Positions 27,301-36,939 of a stretch of 64,000 nt of DNA are shown here, piece by piece. Under the pieces are notes generated by a model. The model made no database searches. It was given only the letters and a program-made list of their open reading frames with translations, and had not been told where the DNA came from. Source of the stretch: Raillietiella orientalis. Lineage: Eukaryota. Position 1 is the stretch's first letter. Each line of letters starts with the position of its first letter. The DNA is taken from positions 3,596,001 through 3,660,000 of the forward strand of contig JAYWIR010000018.1 of the NCBI GenBank assembly GCA_036172245.1, written 5' to 3'. Position numbers and translations under genes: made by a program.

Positions 27301-28429
27301 GCAATCCTGGCCCCACAGGGAAGGGCTTGCGTAGTCACCTTCACGTACGGGATCCGTATCGCAAGCGAGAAGGGCTGCTTGCTTAGCTAAGCAGCCCGCT
27401 CCCTCCTGCCAGCGAAAGCAAGACAACCCTTGTTCTCACAGTACACGTTACTGCGCTCCCAGCAGCAAAACGACAAAAGATCCCTTGCTTTTGGTTTTGG
27501 CCGCTTCAATGCTTCGCTCTTCCCAATCAACCCGGGGTTCACCACTGAAAGATGCCAGCGACATGTTGAGCCTGCAGCTACGCGACGCGCATCCGAATCC
27601 AGTGCCTGCATCAAAGTCAGGTAACAGGAATTTCAAGAGGCACATGTGCTTCCATCTGGCAACCGAGAGGAAGAATATCCCTGGGAAATAATGGATGCTC
27701 GAAAGTTTAGGATGCTGACAGAATGTGCGATCCTGCGATTGTTCAGTTGTCTTCGGAATCACCAAACACCCGTCGATGCAAGTGTGGTACACTCTTGACT
27801 AAAGACTCATTATCTTGCTCCTCCTGCTCGCTCCATTTTGCACAGGAGAATGCGCACATAGCTATTGAGTAATTTCCGAACCTCGCTGCTGTCAGTCAGC
27901 ATCAAAAGATCTTTTCGACTCTACTACTTTGCAAGGCGCATTACATTTATCGCAGAAAAATAAGATTCCCAGCTTGAAATTGCGGCAACATGGCTCCCTT
28001 GGACAAGCAGAAATCTAACGGCTAAGTATGAAGCACAAAAACGTGCCGACAGCATGCACGGCAGATGTGACTCTACGTAAGATGCATCCAAAACCTGGTA
28101 AACACTTACCGATATTCCGGGAGTTTTTCTCATCGAAAGTGTTGCGTCTTTCCTCCACGTAAATTCACCAAGGAACTGGTACGTTCGCTTTCACCGTTTG
28201 CTCGCATAGGTGGTTCATAAGCCGGCTGGCTGGAGATGGCTGCAGCTCTCTCCCCCCCTCTCCCTCCCGTCGGAGTGGATCCACGTTCGCGCGAGCGACA
28301 CACCTCGCCGCCTCCCCTGGAACGGCGGGCGGTGGCGTGCTACCACCGCCATCCCTGTGCGACTCCGTCTCCGCGGAACCGCCTCCCAGAGAACCACCTA
28401 TTTCCGTTTTCCTCCACAGAAGGGAAGAT

Positions 28430-28846
28430 GCTAAGGTGCTATGCGAAACTGTTGGAGCAAATCCTTACTATGTGCTAACGAGTAGCTGTTTACTCCTATT
28501 TTCAAATCACTAAAGGTATCCAACGAGCGGCAACATTTGTTCGTTGCACAGCCGACAGGACACTATTCCACGAAAGGACACGCGTTCCATCGTGTTTGCG
28601 AAACCTGAAAATACTGCTTACTTCAGCAGGGAACTTGCGCGCGATCTGTTTTCCTACGAGCACTTCCCACGACTGCGAAGAGTTGGAAAGAGATAGTTGG
28701 ACGTCCTTCGGCGTTGCGTCAACGTCATGGTACGGCCTGCGTGCCGGTGACTCGGCAAGTTCCGAACTCTTTCGGATGTTGTAGGGCCTATGGCCCTACA
28801 CATGTTTGTTTGCTCGTTGGAATAAACGCCCCGGCGCACCCGGGTG
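28430..28846 (+). mobile_element. 3' fragment of L1/Tx1-type non-LTR retrotransposon
   Basis: RAATFVRCTADRHYS...AFHRV resembles the ORF2 C-terminus of the 62006-63283 ORF (KAADFIRSAAGWRHLY...GIHRR). Ends in AATAAACGCCCCGGCGCACCCGGGTG (28821-28846). The left boundary is approximate. Confidence 0.7.
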
Positions 28847-29659
28847 TCGAAGAAGTCACGGTCTTTGCAGCTTCGCGGAACTAACATCAATGCAGTTTTC
28901 AGTTTGGAATGCATAGAATAACAACGGTGACGAAGGTTTGCGCTAACCATCATACCATGAGATACGCATTCAATGGTGATGTTTGCAAGTGGTTGTGTCG
29001 ACGTGTGCTTGTAATTGAGATTCTCCGACCCGTACCGACACCGGAGAAAAACTCAAAAGATAACTTAGTTTCTGATTCTCGGGTTCATCTTGCTAGCTAA
29101 GAGCAAAGTGCATTTCATCTCATGAGGAATGCGCTTAAAAAAAAAAAGCATGCTTCGAACCCACTGTAACTTTCTTCCGCTAAGAGGTCACAGATAATTT
29201 TCTGCAATAATTCGAGATCTGCGCAACGGATGCACAAAATACCAGTAAGCACTTTCACAAAAGAGATCGTGCAACGTGTGCTTCTCAGTCTGCTGAGTAG
29301 TTCTTTCGCTCCTCTGCTTCCCATGATACCAATTCATAGGACCTCCGAGAAACGGATCGAGTTGTGCCACGGTCGGACTCGGATCTGTTTTCAATGCGCT
29401 CCCGACTTGGCTTTGCTTGTTGTTGTCGCGTCGGAGAGAGGCAGAAATGCAGCAATTCACCACTGAAAGGTGTAAAGAGTACATCGGAAGATCGTCCTCC
29501 GAAACCATGAAGGCGGGCATTCGTCTCCGAAGTTTCTCCTGCGCCCTCACAAATAATACAGCTGGCGGGGGAACACAGCACCATGGAAGCCGCGCCCTCT
29601 GCAGCGGCCATGACGGAGGCCAAGGCCTACATCGCCTACGGATAGCACTATAGCCTACT

Positions 29660-30367
29660 ATGCAAAGCAAGCAGGGCTATCGATGATCGTACTGCGCGTT
29701 CCTTGGAGGAGGAGCAGTGCAGACCGAACGTGAAGAAAAACGATATTGTATTCGAGCTTACTCAAAAGGCCACCCGACGGGGATCACGATCAGAAGCGGA
29801 TATCAAGATGTAGAGCTGACCTGAGAGGCGGGTCCAGCGCAAAGACTTCCGCGAACCAGCGTGAAGATCGAAGACCTCTAGATCTTACCCGTTCGGGTGG
29901 ACGGCCCCATCGTGGTCCACCTAAGGAACATTTCCGTATGGATGCCACCGCGAGCCGTACAGGAAGAACTCGAAAAATTCGTCCACGGTCTGGGGACAAA
30001 ACTCAACAAATTCCGCGTATTTGACAGCATCCTTAGTGTGCTCGCCGCGGTACAAATCACGGTGGACAAAGACTCAGGGCTTCCACATAAACTGGTGATC
30101 CGTAGAGAACCCAGCGACCACTGGTACGTGAGGAAGCCGATGTACTGCGGCAACTGCGAGGCCACCGGGCGACTCAAAGAAAGCAGCTCCAACATTGCAT
30201 GCCGCCAGCACTATGCGAAGGAGCACACCGAAGAAGTGTGCCCCAAAAAGGTTCCGTGTGATGCGGCTCCAACCAGCAGCAAAACAAACGCAGAAATGAA
30301 AAAACCTGGCAAAGTCAGGTCAAAGAACGATAAAAAGTCAGCCGAAAAGGCCACGTCGACCGCTTAG
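29660..30367 (+). mobile_element. Degenerate ORF1 (gag-like) remnant of a non-LTR retrotransposon
   Basis: VVHLRNISVWMP...CGNCEATG...CRQHYAKEHTEEVC parallels the ORF1 at 37235 (CGNCGKEGH...C, CSYCKMLGH...C); the zinc knuckles are decayed. Confidence 0.6.
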
Positions 30368-30759
30368 TCCTTGGAAAAGCAGAATGCAGAAGTAAAAGGA
30401 GAGAAGCTGGCCAATGGTCAGATGACGAGTGCAACAACGTCGACAGATCCGCGACGCTGCAAACAAGAGACGGACGTGTGCTAATCTCGCTTTGGTGGGT
30501 TTGGTGGTGAGAAGAACGGTAAAGCCTGATACTACCACCAATGAAGGCAAAGTGGCGACGTCCTCATCGGCCTTCGCCTAGAAAGCCTTGTGGAGCACGG
30601 TACGAGCCAGGATGGCGGGGCCGGGCCGGGACAGGCATACTCACCATCGAGAAGATCGGAATGCCGGTGCAGTTCAAACACAATTTGCCACAATTTGAAT
30701 TTCAATATAAAACAAGCAACTGAAATACAATACAAGAGAAGTTATTAGGGATTTGCAAC

Positions 30760-31445
30760 AGAGTGCCAGGACGTGGCCGGGAATTTGCAATCTAGTGCAA
30801 AGGTGAAACCGATGACTTCAAAGTGGGTAAATAGTAGAAAAGTAAGGAAATTCGGACGAATTCAACATTTTTTGCGGAATAAAACCTCTTTTTCTATATT
30901 GAAAATGTTGGTTGCCATAGCAACAAGACAAAACGCAGTCCACATCACACACCTTATAATTGGGAATCCCGAGAGATTTCAATATAAATACAGGAATGGG
31001 CATTCAGTGCAGGAGGACTTACTTGAGATTTCCAATTACGAGTCATTACGTCACCAGGGATTTCTAATTGAGTGCAAAAGTTGAACCGTTCACTTGCAAG
31101 TAGTGAAAGGAAGAAACTTCGGACCACTTCAAAAATCTTTCGGAAAACAATTTTATTTTTTGAATTTAAAACATTGGTTTCCACAGCAGTAAGACCGAAT
31201 ACAATCTGCTCCACCCTTCTGATGTTTGGGAAAACCACTGATTCCAATATAGGAAAAAAAATGGAGATTCATTGCAGCAGTCGCTATTTGGGATTTGGAT
31301 TCAAGTGCAAGAACGTCCATGGAGATGATTAATACAATGCAAAATTTGAACCGTCTACATTCAAATCAGGAAAGGGAAGAAAAGTGTAGAAATTAGGGCC
31401 ACTTCAAAAATCTTTGCGCAATGCAATTTATTTTTAAGGATGGAC
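30760..31445. repeat. Three diverged tandem units of about 270 bp
   Basis: A core resembling tgcaaaa-ttgaaccg...ggaccacttcaaaaatcttt...ttttatttt recurs at about 30796, 31073 and 31339 (spacing 277 and 266). Confidence 0.6.
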
Positions 31446-31449
31446 CGAG

Positions 31450-32100
31450 AGCCAAAAGGCTTAAGAAAAAGGTACGAGGCTTCGATTTCGATAAATGCAT
31501 AGAAGCAGCCACGTCCTCATGTTCAACGGGTAACGCAAACAAATTATTCTCAGTTTGAGGAGATGCCGCCCTATAATACAATTTTGATCCATATGATTCT
31601 CTTTCAAATCCAAAGATGCAGAGCTCGCTGCACCCGCCGTATAATCCATAAATCAGGTTCAACGTGACAACGAATACCAGCCATACGCACCTTCTGGAAC
31701 ACAGTATGCATTTTCTTCACACTCACAGCATCCAAGCAAGACAAACAATCCAAATCATCATCCAGATGCATATGCAAGTAACATGCTACAACAGCATCAC
31801 CGATCAGCAGGCACTGAATCCACCACCGTAAGCAAGGAATAAGCAGTTGGAAACGTCGAGACACAAAACGCAGCCTTATAATGGCTACGCACCCGAATAC
31901 GCGGCGGTATACGCCGCGCATATTTGATTCTGGGCCTAAGCTTATAACGTTTATGCAAGAAGCGCCGCTTTCCTAAAGCACGACGCTTCTTTGCTACAGG
32001 ACGAGATATAAATCTCTTCCTCTTCCGAGAGACAACCGGCACAGCCTCCACTCTTCGAGACGACTGAATCTCTTCTGACGAAAGCAACAATGCACACCAT
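31450..32100 (-). pseudogene. cap: CRESS virus capsid protein, N-terminal and central part (frameshifted)
   Basis: Arg/Lys-rich N-terminus RKRKRFISRPVAKKRRALGKRRFLHKRYKLRPRIKYARR. After a frameshift comes FQKVRMAGIRCHVEP, resembling the YxIxxVxVxFxP strand of circovirus-like capsids. Divergent from rep across the origin. Confidence 0.75.
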
Positions 32101-32254
32101 TTTTGAACCCCTCCCTTACATGACTCCTACGAACAAAACACCTAGCGACGAAAGTGCGAAGCTATTTCAAGGTCAATGAAAATTCCTCAAGGAGCAAGTT
32201 ACGACACGCACGAAAAACGAGTACGAACGAAGGTGGGCGGGGCAAGGGGAACGA

Positions 32255-32286
32255 AAGTGGGCGGGGTGACACTGACCCGCCCACTT
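32255..32286 (-). other. Rolling-circle replication origin stem-loop with nonanucleotide CAGTGTCAC
   Basis: Perfect 11-bp stem AAGTGGGCGGG / CCCGCCCACTT with a 10-nt loop reading TCAGTGTCAC on the minus strand. Iteron-like direct repeat GTGGGCGGGG at 32233 and 32257. TATATATA at 32286-32293 lies upstream of the rep ATG (32330). Confidence 0.88.
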
Positions 32287-32329
32287 ATATATACTCGCAC
32301 CAAAATACACATTCGAATCAGTGACGAAA

Positions 32330-33452
32330 ATGCCTTACAAATCGCGTTTTAACTGGTGTGCCTCTTTGAACAACTATTCGCAAGAAGAGTACAAAACCAT
32401 AAAACATTGGTGCGAAAATCATGCAAAATTCGCAATCATAGCAAAGGAAATCGGAACCGACCAAACGCCTCACCTACAAATTTATCTCCAATTGATAGAA
32501 ACGAAAACTATACTGCAACTGAAGGCATTTCCCTTCAAGAAAGCTCATCTCGAAGCCAGCAAAGGTTCAGCCCAATCCAACATAACATACTGTTCCAAAC
32601 AGGACCCTTCACCCTGGCAACACGGAACGCCCCTTACGCAAGAAGAAGATACTTACAAAGACGAAGTAAGCTATCCATAATTTTATAAAAACAAGTTTAA
32701 ACGGAAAAAAAATATTCTGACGGAACCGGCCGTGAAGTCGACTCGCTTGTGACAGAGAACCAACTATAAAATAGTTACCTAGTCTCTAACCAGTCTTCTA
32801 AGACTAAGCCATTGTGTACCTCTACTTCCAGATTCTACAATTAATAAGAGACGGCAAAACGGAAGCATGGATCCTAAACAATCACACAAAATTCTACGCA
32901 AAAAATATGAATTTCGTTAAAAAATGCTTCCGACAAGTACTAAATCCCCTAACCAAAGACCCATTATCAGGTCTGCAGCTGATGCACTGGCAACTAAACC
33001 TATTCTCAACACTTAAATCCGAACCTCACCCGAGAAACGTATACTGGTTCAGTGATCCTAAAGGAAATAGCGGCAAAACGACAACAGCAAAGCATCTATA
33101 CTTACGAGGTAATGCAATATACCTTACAAGCTGCAGAAGGTCAGATGCAGCCCGCTTATACCAAGGCCAAAAAATTGTTATACTGGACTTTTGTCAAGAT
33201 TACAAACATAGAGTGCAATAAGGCTTCATTGAAGCAATAAAAGATGGAATAATAATCGATCGAAAATATCAAGGAAAGATAAGGTTATTGAGCACTCCAC
33301 ATGTGGTTATCTTTGCCAACTGGGATCCCGATTACTCAAGATTAAGTGAAGACCGCTGGATCGTCAAAAGAATTGACGAACCACAACGACAGAAAACAAC
33401 CTTTACAGTAAACGAAGATGGACTTATACTTCAAAGAAATCACATTCAATAA
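32330..33452 (+). pseudogene. rep: CRESS virus replication initiator Rep (HUH endonuclease + SF3 helicase), spliced, one premature stop
   Basis: Exon 32330-32665: motif I CASLNN, II PHLQ, III YCSK. Phase-0 intron 32666-32831 (GTAAGC...CTAAC...TTCCAG). Exon 32832-33452: Walker A GNSGKT, Walker B VILD, motif C VIFAN, LSEDRW. In-frame TAA at 33219-33221 (VQ*GFIEAIKDG). The terminal TAA overlaps AATAAA. Confidence 0.95.
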
Positions 33453-33688
33453 ATAAGACTTCTTATTGACCAATTCATTTGTCTGGGATTTTTGAATTCC
33501 GAATACACACTTCGATGAACACGAACAACAGGCGCAAACTAAGTCGTACGATTTCCACTCAACCAAGTAGAGGGAACATTAAAACCAGATATATGACGAA
33601 CCAAATGGAAAGTGAAACCCTTAACATTCACCTTCATATCATCCGAAGAATAACAATCCAGCCAACGACACTTCTAGTGTAATCCCAC
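33446..33688 (-). pseudogene. cap: CRESS virus capsid protein, C-terminal part
   Basis: One minus-strand frame with two internal TAG: KCRWLDCYSSDDMKVNVKGFTFHLV...PVVRVHRSVYSEFKNPRQMNWSIRSLIY*. It has the W(L/I)D...G...VYxEFK pattern of circovirus-like capsid C-termini and ends convergently over the rep stop. Confidence 0.7.
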
Positions 33689-33689
33689 T

Positions 33690-33820
33690 GAAGACGAAGG
33701 CGACGTGCCCGCCTTGTATCGCTCAGCTAGAATGACGCTCCTACCTAAAAGTGAAGACCTCAGCAAACAAAACTGGCGTCCGATCACGATTGTGAACACA
33801 GACGCCAAGTTGGTGGTTGC
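33690..33820 (+). mobile_element. Reverse transcriptase fragment of non-LTR retrotransposon
   Basis: GDVPALYRSARMTLLPKSEDLSKQNWRPITIVNTDAKL matches GDVPASFRSAKVRLLPKGGDLRSMNNWRPITIVNADAKL in the 59869-60963 RT. Confidence 0.88.
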
Positions 33821-36640
33821 CACCCGGTCACGCCGGGGCGTTTATTATAAAGTCACTATAATTCGAGGTACTAGGCCCCACTACGGCCAACACAACAGGA
33901 CCTGCGGGGAGTTGTCTCCCCAAACTGTAAGCGGTGCGGGGAAGTGGAAACGCTCCCGCACCTGCTCCTGGACTGCGGTGCCCTCCTAGGACTGTGGCGG
34001 AGGCTGGCCTCAGCTCTCCTGCACCAGGGGACACCGCAACAGACTTGATGCGCCGCTTCTTCACGCCAGGCTGCCTGTCTTTGGGTGCTGTCGTTGCAAC
34101 CGTGTGTTGCACCCGCGCCATCGACAAGCCCCACCGAGAGTTGGAGAAGCTGGCCATCCTTCGTCAGCCCACCGGACTAGCCAGCGCAAGCATGTCGTCG
34201 GCTGCCGAGTGGGCCCACCTACCGGAGAGCGTGAGGAGAGAGATCGCCGGCATCCATCGCCGGTTCTGAAAGGAAGGAACGGCCGAACCAAAGACCCCTG
34301 TCCCCTGCCCTCCATATTTTTATTTTTATTCTTTTTTAGTAGTGTATCTGTGGTCCCCTCCCTCCCGTTCCGGACTTTCGGCATACCGACCTGCGTGTCA
34401 GGGATCCCACCCCCTTCGTCTCTTGTTTTCCCCTTTGTCCAGGAACTCTGTTCCCGGATAGTTTTTTAATAAACGCCCCGGCGCACCCGGGTGATAAACA
34501 ACAGGACCTGCCGGGTCGCCGGTGCGCAGACCGGCGCGACTCCCCTCGGCAGCGGAAGTTGATGGGGGAAAAAACAAAAAGAAAAATAAAAACAGAAAAA
34601 AAAAAAGAGATTTGGGAGGGAGGGGAAGGGATCACAGTCCATTGGGAGGAGAGTCCATCCTTTCCAGGATGCCCTCCAGGTCCATCCGTATAATTCCCAG
34701 GTGCAGCCATCTGATCGCAAGTCGCAGGTAGCGGACTGCAAGTTCGACAGCATCCCTCTCGTAGTTCGGTCTTTTCACGTCTCTCCAGCACGTCACAATC
34801 CCTCGGATGCAGCAGAGTGCCTCCAGGGCTGCGGCTGGTCGCAGGGCGTCCCGCACGAACAGAACCCGACAAACATCTCTGGGCTGGCTGCCCACCTGGA
34901 TCCGTAGGGAGGTACCAAGACGCTCCCACAGGGGTCAGAAGGCAGCACAATCAACAAGGAGGTGGAGGAGGGATTCCAGCTCCCCGCACCTGATGCAGGC
35001 CGGATTCACTCGACCCCGTGTCCAGTGGTGGCGGCGTGCGTTGCAGGGTAGGCCCCAATGCAACAACAGAAGCGCCGACTCCTGCCACTTCAGGGGGAGG
35101 ATCCTCGAACCAATTAAAACCGGGAGCCACTTCAGGTCATCCGTAGAGATGCCCAGCAGCTCGCCCCTTCTCATTAGTCCGCGCGGGAGGACACTTCGGG
35201 TCGTGGCATCGGCCAGCTGCCCCATGGTCCAACGGCTCATCAGTTTCTCTCTGCCTGCGATATGGCAGGAGAATTGCCACCTAGGCATGCGGCTGCTGGG
35301 GAGCGCCCTCCTTAGGAAGGGAATCTCCGTAGCTAGGGGGGTTGTCTCTGGCCACGTGCTCCTCGAGGGACACTCGAGTATCTTCCGCAGAGTGCAGCGG
35401 GCGCAGGCGCCGTGTCACAGGCAGTTCCACACCTCGTGGCTCCTCTCATTTATCTTCGCCCACGTGCCAGTTGTCTCCTCCAGCCATGAGGTGGAGTTGG
35501 CGAAGCTGCAGACCATCCAGCCGTTCTCCGTAGCCAGCGTGGCCATGCGTCCAGGGAGAAGGCCTCAACTTTTGATCTTCCGGCCACGGCACAGAAGATA
35601 CGACGCGAGACCTTGGGTCCCGGATACACGGCAGGCAAGGAGGTGGGCCAGAACGCAATGAGGGGTGCTCCATAACTTCGCTGCGATGGCTATGGTGCGC
35701 CATCACAGCTGGATCTCCATCCGCTCCAGCGTCAGGAGGCCGAGACTGCCATCCCGACGTGGAGCACAAAAGTCCTTCAACGGGCCTTCCTCTTCCCCAA
35801 AGGGCTATCCTCAGGAGATCCTTCGTCCGTTTCTTCAACTGGGGCGGGACGGGCAAACAAAAAGCAGGGGGAGGAGGATGGGAACCGCGAACGCGTTCCA
35901 CACCGCAGCCCGTTCCGGCAGGAGAAACTTGCCGTCCAAGAACGGGCCGATCGCCTACTCTACTTTTCGGAGACGACCTGACCAGGCTTCCGCAAGGCAG
36001 AAGTCCCCCAACGGGACACCCAGGTACCTGGCCGTGGGGATCCCCAAGCGGATCCTGTCAGGCCGTCCAACCCACGTCACACCAACCGCCACCACCGACG
36101 ACTTGTTCATCGCGTTCTCTTGTGTTTCGGACTCACCTGAGAGCAGGCGGAGATTGAAGTTTCCCGTTATCAGTGGGCCTTCCTCAAGTTCGTGTGCGCC
36201 AGCCAATCGTGCTTTAGCGTTTCCAGCAACACGGTGCGGTCGTGGTACCCCTGGGAGTGTATACGTTCGTGACGATCAGGTCGATCGAGTCAGACCACCT
36301 GAGGATCAGCTGACCGACCCGACCGTCGTCATCGAAACGCGCGCTCTTCACGGCAGCGTTGATGGCTGGCTTCATGAAAAACGTGACGCCACAGGTGTAG
36401 CGAGCGTCGCATTGCCTGTACAACAAACCCCCCGCGATCGTCTCGATCTCCTGGACGTCTGCCGCGGTGATCACGTGGATCTCCTGCAGCAGGGTCAGGA
36501 CGAACTCACGCAGGATGTCGGCTGTATCCCTTCTGTTGCCGTCGTCGCGCAGCCCGTTGACATTCCAACAAGCCTCGCGGATCCGACGGCGACAGGAGAG
36601 CCCGGGTGCTATTTCCGGGAAATCGGCGCTGCGGCGTCCG
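33821..36640 (-). mobile_element. L1/Tx1-type non-LTR retrotransposon with RT core deleted, interrupted at 33906-34497
   Basis: APE endonuclease (ACWNVNGL, LLQEIH, CGVTFF, DGR, TNVYTP, TGNFN) fused at about 36115 to post-RT sequence (NKSSVV...RYLGVPLG). C-terminal CIRCGELESLLHLLVDC. 3' terminal motif at 33821-33846. Confidence 0.88.
33906..34497 (+). mobile_element. 5'-truncated non-LTR retrotransposon with 14-bp target-site duplication
   Basis: TSD ACAACAGGACCTGC at 33892-33905 and 34498-34511. ORF2 end EWAHLPESVRREIAGIHRRF*. 3' motif at 34468-34493. Confidence 0.9.
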
Positions 36641-36644
36641 CCAC

Positions 36645-36935
36645 CTGTCGAGTGGGTCCATCTTCCAGAGAACGTTAGGAGCGAGATCGCCGTCATCCAT
36701 AGCCAGTTCTGAAGGAAAGGAACGGCCCAAACCAAAGACCCCTGTCCCCTACCCTCCCCATATCTTTATTTCTATTCTTTTATATGTGTATTTGTGGTCC
36801 CCTCCCTCCCATTCCGGACTTCCGGTTTACCGACCTGCGTCTTGAAGATCCCCCCCCTTCGTTTTCTCTGTGTCCTTTGTCCGGGAGCTCTGTTCCCGGA
36901 TAGTTTACTAATAAACGCCCCGGCGCACCCGGGTG
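36645..36935 (+). mobile_element. 3' end fragment of the same non-LTR subfamily as 33906-34497
   Basis: EWVHLPENVRSEIAVIHSQF*, a 3' UTR alignable to 34204-34493, and the terminal motif at 36910-36935. Confidence 0.88.
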
Positions 36936-36939
36936 AGAA

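Larger units (their letters stand above)
31450..33690. mobile_element. Endogenous CRESS-DNA (Cressdnaviricota) viral element, near-complete genome linearised within cap
   Basis: Order is cap 5' part (-), stem-loop origin, spliced rep (+), cap 3' part (-); about 2.2 kb, ambisense. Confidence 0.9.

Noticed and set aside
25200..28430. GC-rich ORFs, an X-box-like GTCGCCATGGAAAC (27006-27019) and splice-like sites
   Set aside because: No assignable product; probably decayed TE or pseudogene. An isolated motif is insufficient.
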